Shown in pieces: positions 48,003-57,645 of a stretch of 64,000 nucleotides of DNA. This DNA is from Gemmatimonas sp. (GTDB lineage Bacteria; Gemmatimonadota; Gemmatimonadetes; Gemmatimonadales; Gemmatimonadaceae): positions 101,663 through 165,662 of the forward strand of contig JANNVQ010000057.1 of NCBI GenBank assembly GCA_031414535.1. The letters are read 5' to 3'. The notes under the pieces are model-generated. The model did not search any database. It was not told where the DNA came from and saw nothing but the letters and a program-made list of their open reading frames with translations. The position numbers were made by a program, and so were the translations under genes. Numbering within the stretch: the stretch's first letter is position 1; each line of letters opens with the position of its first letter.

Positions 48003-50978
48003 ATGAGCACTCCAGGACGCCCGCGCCTCTACCTCATTGATGGCTATGCGCTGATCTATCGCTCCTTTCACGCCCTCGGGAGTAGCGCACCCCTGCGCAA
48101 CGCGCGCGGTGAGAACACGGGAATGGCGAAGGGCGTCAGCGAGTTTTTGCGCCGTCTCATTGAGAAGCACAAGCCGGAATACATCGGCTGGGTGAATGAC
48201 GCCGGGGCCTCGGGGCGCGATGTGTTGCTCGAGTCCTACAAGGCGAATCGCGTGGCGCTTCCCGAGGAGCAACAGCAAGACTTCGACACGGGAGTTGAAC
48301 GCGTCCAGCAGCTCTTGGCGGCATACAAGATTCCCACGCTTGAGCTTGATGGGTTCGAAGCCGACGATGTTATCGCGACGATGTGCCCGCAGGGCGTGGC
48401 CGCGGGGCTTGAGGTCTGCGTGGTCTCTGGCGACAAGGATTTGTTGCAGCTCGTGGAAACGGGCGTGTGGGTGCTGAACCCATGGCACGGACCGCCAGGG
48501 CGGACCACCGAAAAATGGTACGGAATGGAAAACGCGCACGAGCGGCTCGGCGTCCCGCCCGAGCGTGTCGTGGATTACCTCGCGTTGGTGGGTGATACGG
48601 CCGATAACGTGCCCGGCGTGAAAGGCATCGGCGACAAGAGCGCCCTCGCGCTCATCGAGCGTTGGGGAACGGTGGAGGCGATGCTCGAGCATGTGAACGA
48701 GATCGAGCCTACGCGCGCGCGCAACGCGTTGCTCAACGCCAAGGCCGAGGCGATGCTCTCTAAGGAACTCGTCACGCTGCAGCGCAACCTCCCCGTCACG
48801 CTCGATCTCTCGACGCTGGTGCTCGAGACGCCGGATTGGGTCGCTTTACGGGATCTGTTTGTCGAGCTCGATTTCAACACGGCTGCACGTACGGCTGCGG
48901 TGAACGCCGAAGCCGCAGGCGCGGCACCGAGTGCTGCGCTCGCCGGTGCAAACGAAGCGGTTGTGGATTCCGAAGGGCACATGGTGGCTGCGCGCAACGC
49001 GCGCGAAGCCGTGCCAGGCACACCGGCCCCCGTGCCACTCGACTACCGCATTGCCGATACGCCCGCTCTCGTTGAAGAGATGATTGCCGAGGCGCGGGCG
49101 GCAAGAATGATCGCGGTAGATACCGAGACCGTGCTCGACGCCGGTGCTCCACCTATCATCACACCGCTGCGCGCAAATCTGGTGGCCATCTCGGTTGCCA
49201 CGGCGCCCGGCAAGGCGTGGTACCTACCGTTCGCGCATCGTGTGCCCGGTTCCGCACAGGGTGGCTTGGCACTCGACGAGGCACCCGCGCCAGCGAAGCC
49301 AAAATCTGGTGCCGCGCCGGCGTCAATCGCGGCGCGCCTGCTCGCCGAGGGGTCGCACGCCGTCGTGAACTTGCCGGCGCTCATGAGCACGGAGATGGCC
49401 CCACTGCGCGCGCTACTTGAAGACTCGAGCGTCGGCAAAACAGCACATAACGCCAAGTACGACCTGCTGGTCCTGCGTCGCGCCGGCATCACGTTGCGTG
49501 GGCTCGCGTTCGATTCCATGCTGGCGAGCTATGTGCTTGATGCCAGTCGCCGCTCCCATGCATTGGATTCGCTCTCCATCGAACTACTCGGCATTGCGAT
49601 GACCGGGTACGACGAATTGTGCGGCAAGGGCAAGCAACAGATGCCCTACGACGAAGTTCCCCTTGTGGCGGCGCGTGATTATTCCTGCGCGGATTCCGAT
49701 GTCGCCCTGCGCCTGCAGCGCCTGCTCGCACCGCGGCTCGAGGAGCATGAGGCCGCCGCCTTGCTGCATGAGGTGGAGTTGCCGCTGGTTGACGTGCTGG
49801 CCCAGATGGAGTGGACGGGAATCACCATCGACATCCCGTGGTTCCATTCCCTGAAGACCCGCTTTGAGGCGGCCCGACTCGAGCTGGAGCGTCAGATTCA
49901 TGCAGAGGCTGGCGAGACCTTCAACGTCAACAGCAACCAACAGCTTCGGGTCATTCTGTTTGAGAAGATGGGCCTGCCCATCAAGAAGAAGACGGCCACC
50001 GGCCCCAGCACGGATGCAAGCGTTCTGCAGGAACTCGCCGACGAAGGCCACACGCTGCCCACCCTGCTCATGGAGTACCGCGAGCTCGCCAAGCTCGAGA
50101 ACACGTATCTCGACACCTTGCCCGTGCTCGTGAATCCGCACACGGGACGCCTTCACACGTCGTTCAACCAGACGGTGGCGAGTACGGGGCGTCTCTCGTC
50201 GTCGGACCCGAACCTGCAGAACATTCCCATTCGGCGGGAACTCGGAAAGGACATCCGCCGTGGCTTCATCCCCCGCGACGGGTGGATGCTTCTTGCCGCC
50301 GACTATTCACAGATTGAACTGCGTCTGCTCGCCCATCTCTCCGGCGACCCCGCATTCGTCGCCGCGTTCCAAGCCGGTGGTGACATTCACCGCCAAACGG
50401 CCAGTGTCATCTTCGGTGTTCCACTCGACAGCGTAACGAGCGAAATGCGCGCCCGCGCCAAAACCATCAACTTCGCCACCATCTACGGCCAAGGTGCGCA
50501 TGCGCTGTCCCGGCAACTGAAGATTGATCATGCGGAGGCGAAGATGTTCATTGAGACCTACTTCGAGCGATTCGCCGGAGTACGCCAATGGCTCGATGCC
50601 TCGGTGGCCGATGCGCGCGCGCGCGGATACGTGGAAACGCTCTTTCGCCGCCGTCGCTACATCCCAGAAATCCACGATCGGAACTTCAACACTCGCGCCT
50701 TCGGCGAACGACTTGCGCAGAACTCACCGATTCAAGGTTCTGCGGCGGACCTCATCAAGGTTGCGATGATCCGCATTCAATCGGCACTGGAGACCCAAGG
50801 ACTGACAGCGCGAATGTTGCTCCAGGTGCACGACGAACTCGTGTTCGAATGTCCGCCCAGCGAGGAAGCAGCTCTGCGCCGCTTGGTGAATCGCGAGATG
50901 ACTTCAGCCGTGTCTCTGCGAGTTCCACTCGTGGTAGACATTGGTTCGGGTGAGAACTGGTTGCTCGCCAAGGCGTAG
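48003..50978 (+). CDS. polA: DNA polymerase I
   Basis: 5'-exo LIDGY/EADD motifs, 3'-exo DTET/HNAKYD/YSCAD motifs, polymerase DYSQIELR and QVHDEL motifs. Confidence 0.98.
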   Translation: MSTPGRPRLYLIDGYALIYRSFHALGSSAPLRNARGENTGMAKGVSEFLRRLIEKHKPEYIGWVNDAGASGRDVLLESYKANRVALPEEQQQDFDTGVERVQQLLAAYKIPTLELDGFEADDVIATMCPQGVAAGLEVCVVSGDKDLLQLVETGVWVLNPWHGPPGRTTEKWYGMENAHERLGVPPERVVDYLALVGDTADNVPGVKGIGDKSALALIERWGTVEAMLEHVNEIEPTRARNALLNAKAEAMLSKELVTLQRNLPVTLDLSTLVLETPDWVALRDLFVELDFNTAARTAAVNAEAAGAAPSAALAGANEAVVDSEGHMVAARNAREAVPGTPAPVPLDYRIADTPALVEEMIAEARAARMIAVDTETVLDAGAPPIITPLRANLVAISVATAPGKAWYLPFAHRVPGSAQGGLALDEAPAPAKPKSGAAPASIAARLLAEGSHAVVNLPALMSTEMAPLRALLEDSSVGKTAHNAKYDLLVLRRAGITLRGLAFDSMLASYVLDASRRSHALDSLSIELLGIAMTGYDELCGKGKQQMPYDEVPLVAARDYSCADSDVALRLQRLLAPRLEEHEAAALLHEVELPLVDVLAQMEWTGITIDIPWFHSLKTRFEAARLELERQIHAEAGETFNVNSNQQLRVILFEKMGLPIKKKTATGPSTDASVLQELADEGHTLPTLLMEYRELAKLENTYLDTLPVLVNPHTGRLHTSFNQTVASTGRLSSSDPNLQNIPIRRELGKDIRRGFIPRDGWMLLAADYSQIELRLLAHLSGDPAFVAAFQAGGDIHRQTASVIFGVPLDSVTSEMRARAKTINFATIYGQGAHALSRQLKIDHAEAKMFIETYFERFAGVRQWLDASVADARARGYVETLFRRRRYIPEIHDRNFNTRAFGERLAQNSPIQGSAADLIKVAMIRIQSALETQGLTARMLLQVHDELVFECPPSEEAALRRLVNREMTSAVSLRVPLVVDIGSGENWLLAKA

Positions 50979-51117
50979 CCGACACAGCCGACCAACAAGA
51001 TGACAGCGTTGCAATCTGCGGCATCTCTCGGAGTATTCCCTCCGGGCTCGCGGTTGCGGACCCGCACAGTTTGTTACAACGTATTGCACGTAAAAGACTT
51101 AACCGACGCCTCGTGAA

Positions 51118-51133
51118 TGGCCCCGCCCTTGCT
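51118..51133 (+). promoter_or_regulatory. sigma54 (-24/-12) promoter of the pilin gene
   Basis: TGGCCCCGCCCTTGCT = GG-N10-GC with TTGC; IHF-like site at 51077-51101. Confidence 0.6.
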
Positions 51134-51232
51134 TCCTCGCTTCGTGTGGGTCGGCATTGAGAAAGTTCTGTCACCTTCTGCGGTGACACGCGTCACGTTC
51201 AAGTACACTCCAGCTCCCACCGAGAGTCCTTT

Positions 51233-51625
51233 GTGATTGTTGGACCCGCTAAGCGTGGCTTCACTCTGATTGAACTGTTGATCGTGGTCGTGATCATCGG
51301 GATTCTCGCGGCCATTGCTGTGCCCAAGTTCCAGAACACCAAGGGCAAGGCAAACGCGGCAGCGTTGCGCGCGGACCTGCGCAATCTCGCGAGCGCACAA
51401 GAAGCGTATTTCCACGAGTTCTCGCGCTACACTGCGGATGCTGATGAGCTGAAGTACACTACGTCTCGCGGTGTCGTGCTCACCATCATCAGCGCCACGC
51501 AAGGCGGCTGGTCGGCCAAGGCCACCCACCCGCAGTCGTTCCCGCTAACCTGTGCGGTCTTTTCTGGATCAGTGACTACACCGCCGTATCCTGGCGACCC
51601 CGAAGGCGTCGTCAGCTGCCACTAA
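51233..51625 (+). CDS. Type IV pilin
   Basis: G|FTLIELLIVVVIIGILAAIAVPKF prepilin motif; C-terminal Cys pair. Confidence 0.93.
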   Translation: MIVGPAKRGFTLIELLIVVVIIGILAAIAVPKFQNTKGKANAAALRADLRNLASAQEAYFHEFSRYTADADELKYTTSRGVVLTIISATQGGWSAKATHPQSFPLTCAVFSGSVTTPPYPGDPEGVVSCH

Positions 51626-51639
51626 CGCGCGATTCGCGC

Positions 51640-51954
51640 GTGCCCGCCATCCCGCCGCCTCGCGATCTCGCGGCCCTCATGGACGAATGGCAAGAATTTG
51701 CCCTGCGACGTGACGGAATGATTCACGCCATGGAAGGCGGGCTCTGGTTGCACCGCCACGTTTGGCTCGGTCGGCGCATGGCCCACCTCGTCTCCACCAA
51801 TCGTCAACGCCTTCTCGATTGGGGAGCGCGCGTGGGAATTCCCGCGGCTCGGTTGCAGTATCATCCGCTCAAGGATCCGCGCACGAATGAGCGGCGTGAG
51901 GCTTGGCACTGGGATCTTGGCGGACCATACCTCCCGTCGCGCCGCGAACTCTAA
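51640..51954 (+). CDS. DUF4031-like hypothetical protein
   Basis: W.GRRMAHLVS...L..W...G....Q...HWDL pattern. Confidence 0.55.
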   Translation: MPAIPPPRDLAALMDEWQEFALRRDGMIHAMEGGLWLHRHVWLGRRMAHLVSTNRQRLLDWGARVGIPAARLQYHPLKDPRTNERREAWHWDLGGPYLPSRREL

Positions 51955-51970
51955 AAACTCTTAGCGCAGT

Positions 51971-52879
51971 TCAGCGCCCGAGGTAGGCTGGGGCGGCGGC
52001 CCGCCCACGCTGTGCGGCTAGGAGGATGAGCGTTAGCACGTAGGGCATCGCGAGAAACAGCTGATACGGCCAGCCGAGTCCGAGCGACTGCGCGAGATAC
52101 TGGAAGGCGAAGGCCCCGCCAAACACCAAGGCGGCGCCGGCCGCCCCCCACGGCGTCCAGCGACCCAGCACCACAATGGCAATCGCGATGAAGCCGCGAC
52201 CCGCACTCATGCCTTCGTTGAATGATCCCACCTGTGCAAGCACGAGCGTACCGCCGCACAGTCCGCCCATAACGCCACTGAAACAGATGGCCGCAAAGCG
52301 AATGCGTTGTGGTGAGAGTCCGGCCGCAGCCGCAGCCGCAGGATGCTCGCCCACCGCGCGCAAGCCAAGCCCTGCCTGCGTGCGCGCGAGCCACCACGCA
52401 ATGGCGGGCACCAATAGGTAGAGAGCATACGTTGGCCATGGCTGCGAAAAAAGCGCAGAGCCCACGAGTGGAATGGCCGACAATACGGGGATGCGCACCG
52501 AGCCCGTGGTGGGGAGGGTCGTTCCCACGCCAACGAGCGCGGGCCACAGATGATAGATGCTTCCGGTAATTCCGAGCCCGAGAACCGTGAGCGCAGTACC
52601 AGTGATGATCTGATCCGTCTTGACGTGCACCACAAACACCGCGAACACCAATGCGACGAGCAGGCCAGCCGTCGCCGCGCCAGCGAAGCCGAGTGCCGTG
52701 CCGCCAAGCGTCGCCGCTGCTGCGCCACCCAAGCACCCGGCGATGATGGTGCCCTCGAGGCCAAGATTGATCACGCCAGCCCGTTCGGCGACCAGTTCAC
52801 CTAATGCGGCGAATGCCAGCGGCGTCGCAGTGCGAACCGCGGCTTCCAGAAATGGCACGAGTGTCAGTTCAAGCATCAA
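51971..52879 (-). CDS. Nucleoside/sugar ABC transporter permease
   Basis: ERAGVINLGLEG, GLRAVGE and GRGFIAIA motifs. Confidence 0.9.
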   Translation of the reverse strand: MMLELTLVPFLEAAVRTATPLAFAALGELVAERAGVINLGLEGTIIAGCLGGAAAATLGGTALGFAGAATAGLLVALVFAVFVVHVKTDQIITGTALTVLGLGITGSIYHLWPALVGVGTTLPTTGSVRIPVLSAIPLVGSALFSQPWPTYALYLLVPAIAWWLARTQAGLGLRAVGEHPAAAAAAGLSPQRIRFAAICFSGVMGGLCGGTLVLAQVGSFNEGMSAGRGFIAIAIVVLGRWTPWGAAGAALVFGGAFAFQYLAQSLGLGWPYQLFLAMPYVLTLILLAAQRGRAAAPAYLGR

Positions 52880-53814
52880 CCGAGGACGTCCTCGGCTCGT
52901 AGCGCCCGCCAGCGCGCCAACGCCAACACAGCGAGCAGGGTAGTCGCTGTGATAATCTGAACCGCGACTGCGGGTACGCCGGCGTTGCGCTGCATTGAGG
53001 CGCCGCCGGCCTCCAATGCACCGAAGAACACAGCGGTCAAGACCACGCCGCGTGGATCAAGGCGCGCCAAGAGCGCGACGGCAATGGCCGTGTAGCCATA
53101 CCCTGGCGAGATGCCCTCGTACAACGCCCAGGTCACACCACCGACCTCTGATGCTCCGGCGAGACCAGCCAGCGCTCCGCTCACGACGAACACACGCCAC
53201 GTCAGTGCTCGCGTGTTGACGCCACCCGCACTCTCGGCGGCAGAAGCCCCCGCGCCTACAGCTCGCACGCGAAATCCTGCGGCGCTCTGCGTCAACACAA
53301 ACCACATCAACAAGGCGGCCACAACGCCGAGTGCCAAGCCTAGGTGCGTGCGCTGCCCGTCGAGCAAAAAGGGCCAGCGCGCCGCCTCGCTGAAGCTCAC
53401 GGACATCGGATACACCTTGGTCGGCTCCTGCAATGGTCCGCGCACCATCCAACTCACCAGCGCCGCCGCCACGAAGTTGAGCATGATGGTGCTGATCACT
53501 TCGAGTACGCCGAAGCGGTGACGCAGCCACGCGGCAATTCCCGCCCACACCGCTCCGCCAACTGCACCCGCCGCAATCATCGCGGGAATCATCACCATGG
53601 CGGGTAGTGCTGGAATCGCTAGCGCTACGCTCGATGCCGCAATCGCACCGAGAATCAGCTGTCCCTCGGCGCCGATATTGAGCACGCCTGCGCGAAACGC
53701 GACCGCGACCGCGAGACCAACGAGCAACAGTGGAGTCGCGCGCACCAGCGTCGCCGACCAAAAGGCGTAGCTTGATCCCGCGGCCCCATCCCAGAACGCG
53801 ATGAATGCTTCCAC
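52876..53814 (-). CDS. Nucleoside/sugar ABC transporter permease
   Basis: LNIGAEGQ, EVISTIMLN and GYGYTAIAVALL motifs. Confidence 0.88.
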   Translation of the reverse strand: MEAFIAFWDGAAGSSYAFWSATLVRATPLLLVGLAVAVAFRAGVLNIGAEGQLILGAIAASSVALAIPALPAMVMIPAMIAAGAVGGAVWAGIAAWLRHRFGVLEVISTIMLNFVAAALVSWMVRGPLQEPTKVYPMSVSFSEAARWPFLLDGQRTHLGLALGVVAALLMWFVLTQSAAGFRVRAVGAGASAAESAGGVNTRALTWRVFVVSGALAGLAGASEVGGVTWALYEGISPGYGYTAIAVALLARLDPRGVVLTAVFFGALEAGGASMQRNAGVPAVAVQIITATTLLAVLALARWRALRAEDVLG

Positions 53815-55271
53815 TAGGCGAACGCCCCCACCAAGGCTCGTGCATATGGGCCACGATCCCCCGGTGTAGCCGGTGGGGCAATCTCATGCACCTCGCCGGC
53901 GAAGCACACAAGCACCCGCGTAGTGAGCGCAAGAATTTCGTCGAGGTCAGCTGAGTGAACGATGACGGCACCCTTGTGTTCTTGGGCCACAGAGCGAAGC
54001 GCATGCATCACGCGGGCCGTCGCCTGTACATCCAACCCGCGCGTTGGGTTCTCCGCCACGAGCGCATCAGGAGCAAGCCGCCGCTCTCGACCGACCACGA
54101 AGCGCTGCTGGTTACCGCCAGAAAGTGTGCGCATCGCAGCATTGGCATCGGTCGCACGCACGTCATTCTCAAGCATGATGCTCGTCGTAGTTTCCGCTTG
54201 GTCGCGCCACGAAATCAGACCGCGCATGGCAGATGCCTCGGCAAGCAGTCTGTTTTCGGTAAGCGAGAACTCTGGAATCACGGCATCGTGTAATCGGTCT
54301 TCAGGTACGAACCCGACCACGACCGGGCGGCGGACTGTGCCGCTGCTGGGCTGGAGTCGTCCAGCGAGGAGACGAAGAAGCTCGCGCTGCCCCGAGCCTT
54401 CAACGCCGAGCACGCCTAGAATCTCTCCGCGCCGCACCGTCAACGTGGTCGGCTTCAAGCGCCGAACACCCGAGGTATCGTGGTAGGTGACAGCATCAAG
54501 TCCAAACAGGACTTCGTCGTTGGAGGCGGCGAGCGGCGTTGCGTTGGAGGTCACCCGCGCCTCGCCAACAATGGCCTCAATCACCGACTCCTCCGAAAGC
54601 TCGCGGCTTGGGCCGCTGAGCACGGTGGCTCCACGGCGGAGCACCGTGATGTCGTCCGCGACAGCGAGCGCCTCGCGAACCTTGTGCGTGATCAACACGA
54701 CCGATCCGCCCGTGGCCACAAAACGACGCATCCACGCGTACAGCTCTTCGCTCTCGCTGGGCGTCAGGACAGCCGTCGGTTCGTCCAGAATCATCACCCG
54801 CGCCTGTTGTGCCAAGGCGCGCACAATCTCCGCACGTTGTTGAGCTCCCACGGAGAGCGAGCCCACTTTCGCGTGCGGATTCAGAAGTAGGCCCGTCTCC
54901 TCACCGATACGGCGCACGAGCGCGGCGGCACGACCCGCGTCGAACCGACGCCCCGGCCCGCCAAGCGCTGCGTTCTCAGCCACCGTGAACGCGGGCACCA
55001 ACATAAAGTGTTGATGCACCATCCCGATGCCGGCTGTGATGGCGTCCCGCTCAGAAGCGAGACGAACCAACTTGCCGTCGCGCTCTATCTCGCCGTGGTC
55101 TGGCTGGAGCATCCCAAAGGCCACCCGCATCAACGTGGTCTTGCCTGCTCCGTTTTCGCCGAGCAGCGCGTGCACGCATCCAGACTTCACGACACACGAC
55201 GCGCCCGTCAGTGCTTGGGCTGCGCCGAAGCGCTTGTGGATGTCGTGCAGGGCGAGCGCGATTGCGCTCAC
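53814..55271 (-). CDS. ABC transporter ATP-binding protein (two NBDs, CUT2 type)
   Basis: GENGAGKTT, DEPT and LSGGNQQR motifs; GTG start overlapping the upstream stop. Confidence 0.92.
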   Translation of the reverse strand: MSAIALALHDIHKRFGAAQALTGASCVVKSGCVHALLGENGAGKTTLMRVAFGMLQPDHGEIERDGKLVRLASERDAITAGIGMVHQHFMLVPAFTVAENAALGGPGRRFDAGRAAALVRRIGEETGLLLNPHAKVGSLSVGAQQRAEIVRALAQQARVMILDEPTAVLTPSESEELYAWMRRFVATGGSVVLITHKVREALAVADDITVLRRGATVLSGPSRELSEESVIEAIVGEARVTSNATPLAASNDEVLFGLDAVTYHDTSGVRRLKPTTLTVRRGEILGVLGVEGSGQRELLRLLAGRLQPSSGTVRRPVVVGFVPEDRLHDAVIPEFSLTENRLLAEASAMRGLISWRDQAETTTSIMLENDVRATDANAAMRTLSGGNQQRFVVGRERRLAPDALVAENPTRGLDVQATARVMHALRSVAQEHKGAVIVHSADLDEILALTTRVLVCFAGEVHEIAPPATPGDRGPYARALVGAFA

Positions 55272-56044
55272 AGCCCAGTCGGTGCGTGAAGGAATTCCCA
55301 AGGCACCCCAAAACGTTCACTGAGGTGAGCCGCTAGAGCCTTCACTCCCAGCGTCTCCGTGGCGTAGTGGCCAGCATATACGATCACTAGGCCCGACTCT
55401 TCCGCATCAACGGCGCTCCAGTGCGGTCCCTCGCCTACAATCAGCGTATCGATGCCCGTGCTGATGGCCTCGCGCAATGTTTCCGTCCGAGCACCAGAAC
55501 CAGAGCAGATTGCCCAGCGGCGGGTCCGATGTCCCGGTGGGATGTTGGAGATCACGGTGTGATGCCCAAGTGGTGCGGTCCATGCCGAGATCCGCGCACT
55601 GAGTTCGTGCGTGTCGGTATCACTTTCACCGCGCACGCCGCAGAAGATGTGCTGGTGTTTGGCGAATCCCCCCGTAACGGCGAGGCCTAACTCCTTGGCG
55701 AGCAGTGCCGAGTTGCCGAAGGTGTAGTGGGCGTCCAGTGGCAGGTGCGCGCTATAGACGGCGATGTCGTGGCTAAACAAGGCGCGCACCCTGGTCTCCT
55801 GCGTGCCAGTCAGGGGTTGCAGCCCACTCCAAAACAACCCGTGGTGCACCAGCAAGAGATTCGCCTTTGCCTCGGCGGCCATCGTGATGGTTCGCAGGGA
55901 AGCGTCCACTGCTGCCGCGATTCGTTGCACTGGCCCGTGGTGCCCAACCTGTACGCCATTGATTGCCGGTGGATAGTCCGGCGTTGTGGAAATCGAGAGT
56001 AGTGTCTCGAGATAGGCATCCAGCTCGTGCAGTGTGACGGTCAC
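55268..56044 (-). CDS. Nif3/DUF34 dinuclear metal protein (YbgI-like)
   Basis: NGVQV, VHHGLFW, HLPLDAH and AGHYATE motifs. Confidence 0.9.
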   Translation of the reverse strand: MTVTLHELDAYLETLLSISTTPDYPPAINGVQVGHHGPVQRIAAAVDASLRTITMAAEAKANLLLVHHGLFWSGLQPLTGTQETRVRALFSHDIAVYSAHLPLDAHYTFGNSALLAKELGLAVTGGFAKHQHIFCGVRGESDTDTHELSARISAWTAPLGHHTVISNIPPGHRTRRWAICSGSGARTETLREAISTGIDTLIVGEGPHWSAVDAEESGLVIVYAGHYATETLGVKALAAHLSERFGVPWEFLHAPTGL

Positions 56045-57042
56045 GGGGTCGGCGCGAGTGTCGGGCCGCGCCCCTCGGCGAATGCCGTACGTGTGGAGTC
56101 GATGCGCGCGGAGAGGGCTGCGCTTATCGGTGTCACTGCCGGATTCGGAACCCAGCGGACGACGTCGGATGCTGTTGCGAAGCGCACGACGCGAGGTGTG
56201 AAGCTTCCGTCCTGAATCTCGCGAGCGAGGAGCAGGAAGGCGTGCGGGATATCAATGACGACGGATCCCAAGGTGACGCTTGGCGCAACTGCGTTCTGGT
56301 TGGCGTTCGAACCGACAATCCACACGGCGCGCGATTCTCGCACGGCTTGGAAGATGCCTTGACCCGCAGCATCCGCATTCTGGAAGATGACGTCGGCACG
56401 ACGCGCAATCAGGGCGAGCGCTTGCTCCTTGCCTGCACCCGCGTCCTCCCAGTTTCCAATGAATGCGCTGAGCACGCGGATTGTCGGATCTACCGCCTTC
56501 GCTCCCGCGATGAACGCGTCGAAGCTCGTCCGCACGGGCGGCAACTCCGTGCCGCCGATAACGGCGAGCACCTTGGTCTTCGAGACGCCGGCAGCTGCCA
56601 TGCCGGCGAGGTACGAGGGCTCGTCAAACGCGAAACTCAGCGCGGCCACATTCGCGGCAGTGCCCGTGCCGCCCGTGGTAGCGAAGACGGTGCGCGGAAA
56701 CTCCGGAGCGACGCGCTGCGCCGCCTCCTGGAATTCAAAGCCGTGGCCAATCACGAGCGCGTATCCCGCGGCACCGTACTGGCGGTAGTTCTCCTCAAAT
56801 TCGGCCGGCGTGCGCGTCTGGACATGCCGAACTTCTGCGCTCAAGGAATCGCGAATGCGTCCGAGGCCTTCAAACGCCGCCGCATTCCACGACTGGTCAG
56901 AGATGGGTCCCGGGGTGAGGAGAGCCACCCGAAATGCTTGATTTTGTTGCACATCCGAGCTTGACCCACTACACGCGAGAAGCCCGAGCGCGATGTTGTG
57001 GATAAGAATGAGGCGGCTTGCGATGTTACCAAGACTTTTCAT
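56041..57042 (-). CDS. BMP family ABC substrate-binding lipoprotein
   Basis: LLAC lipobox; DQSWN, IGHGF and ADVIF motifs. Confidence 0.9.
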   Translation of the reverse strand: MKSLGNIASRLILIHNIALGLLACSGSSSDVQQNQAFRVALLTPGPISDQSWNAAAFEGLGRIRDSLSAEVRHVQTRTPAEFEENYRQYGAAGYALVIGHGFEFQEAAQRVAPEFPRTVFATTGGTGTAANVAALSFAFDEPSYLAGMAAAGVSKTKVLAVIGGTELPPVRTSFDAFIAGAKAVDPTIRVLSAFIGNWEDAGAGKEQALALIARRADVIFQNADAAGQGIFQAVRESRAVWIVGSNANQNAVAPSVTLGSVVIDIPHAFLLLAREIQDGSFTPRVVRFATASDVVRWVPNPAVTPISAALSARIDSTRTAFAEGRGPTLAPTP

Positions 57043-57118
57043 AGCTAATCTTCTGTGTAGCAATGGTTTATAGTACTATTGTAAACAAATGTTTAAAACC
57101 CACAATTCTTGTGGATAA
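56997..57118. promoter_or_regulatory. DnaA-box cluster with an AT-rich tract and IHF-like site
   Basis: Perfect TGTGGATAA at 56997-57005 and 57110-57118; AT-rich spacer. Confidence 0.65.
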
Positions 57119-57169
57119 CAACTGTCGCACACATTCCTTGTGCTGCGATAGTGAAGCGATACTGGCAGA

Positions 57170-57607
57170 CTAACGGGCGCCTCGCGCCTCGCGCAGTTCC
57201 CGTCCGTCCTCTGCCCGACTCACTAGCGCTAACTCTGTCATCTTCACCGACCCGTTAATTCGGGCCCCTTCCATCACCACAATGGATTTTGTGCTGATGT
57301 CGCCGTTGACGACCGCCGTCGGTTGTAGCTCAAGCCGATCGGTCGCCGAGACGTTTCCATCCACGACGCCGCCAAGAACAATTTCATCCGCAGCCACGTC
57401 ACCATGGATGGACCCGTCCTTGGCCAGCATGATCTGTCGAGCGCGACGCACGCTGCCGTCCACTCGACCCTCAACCTTCAGGACGCCTCCGCACTCAACA
57501 TCGCCAGTAATTGTGGTGCCAGCGGAGATGATGGAGAGCGTCGTCTCCGATCCCGCCGCGCGTGCGCTGCCGCGCGAGGATGTGTCGTCTTTTCCGAAAA
57601 GGGCCAC
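57170..57607 (-). CDS. Bactofilin (polymer-forming cytoskeletal protein)
   Basis: SIISAGTTITGDV...LKVEGRVDG...V.GDI...GARING beta-helix; N-terminal ALFGK. Confidence 0.92.
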   Translation of the reverse strand: MALFGKDDTSSRGSARAAGSETTLSIISAGTTITGDVECGGVLKVEGRVDGSVRRARQIMLAKDGSIHGDVAADEIVLGGVVDGNVSATDRLELQPTAVVNGDISTKSIVVMEGARINGSVKMTELALVSRAEDGRELREARGAR

Positions 57608-57645
57608 GGTCCGTCTCTCCGCCTGATGGGAAGTAAAAAGTTCGC

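Noticed and set aside
48890..49380. Ala/Pro-rich insertions in PolA suggesting an intein or a dead exonuclease
   Set aside because: No intein termini (C...HN), and Exo I-III acidic residues are present
50979..51232. Riboswitch (e.g. c-di-GMP) upstream of the pilin
   Set aside because: No recognisable aptamer consensus by eye; an Rfam/Infernal scan would be decisive
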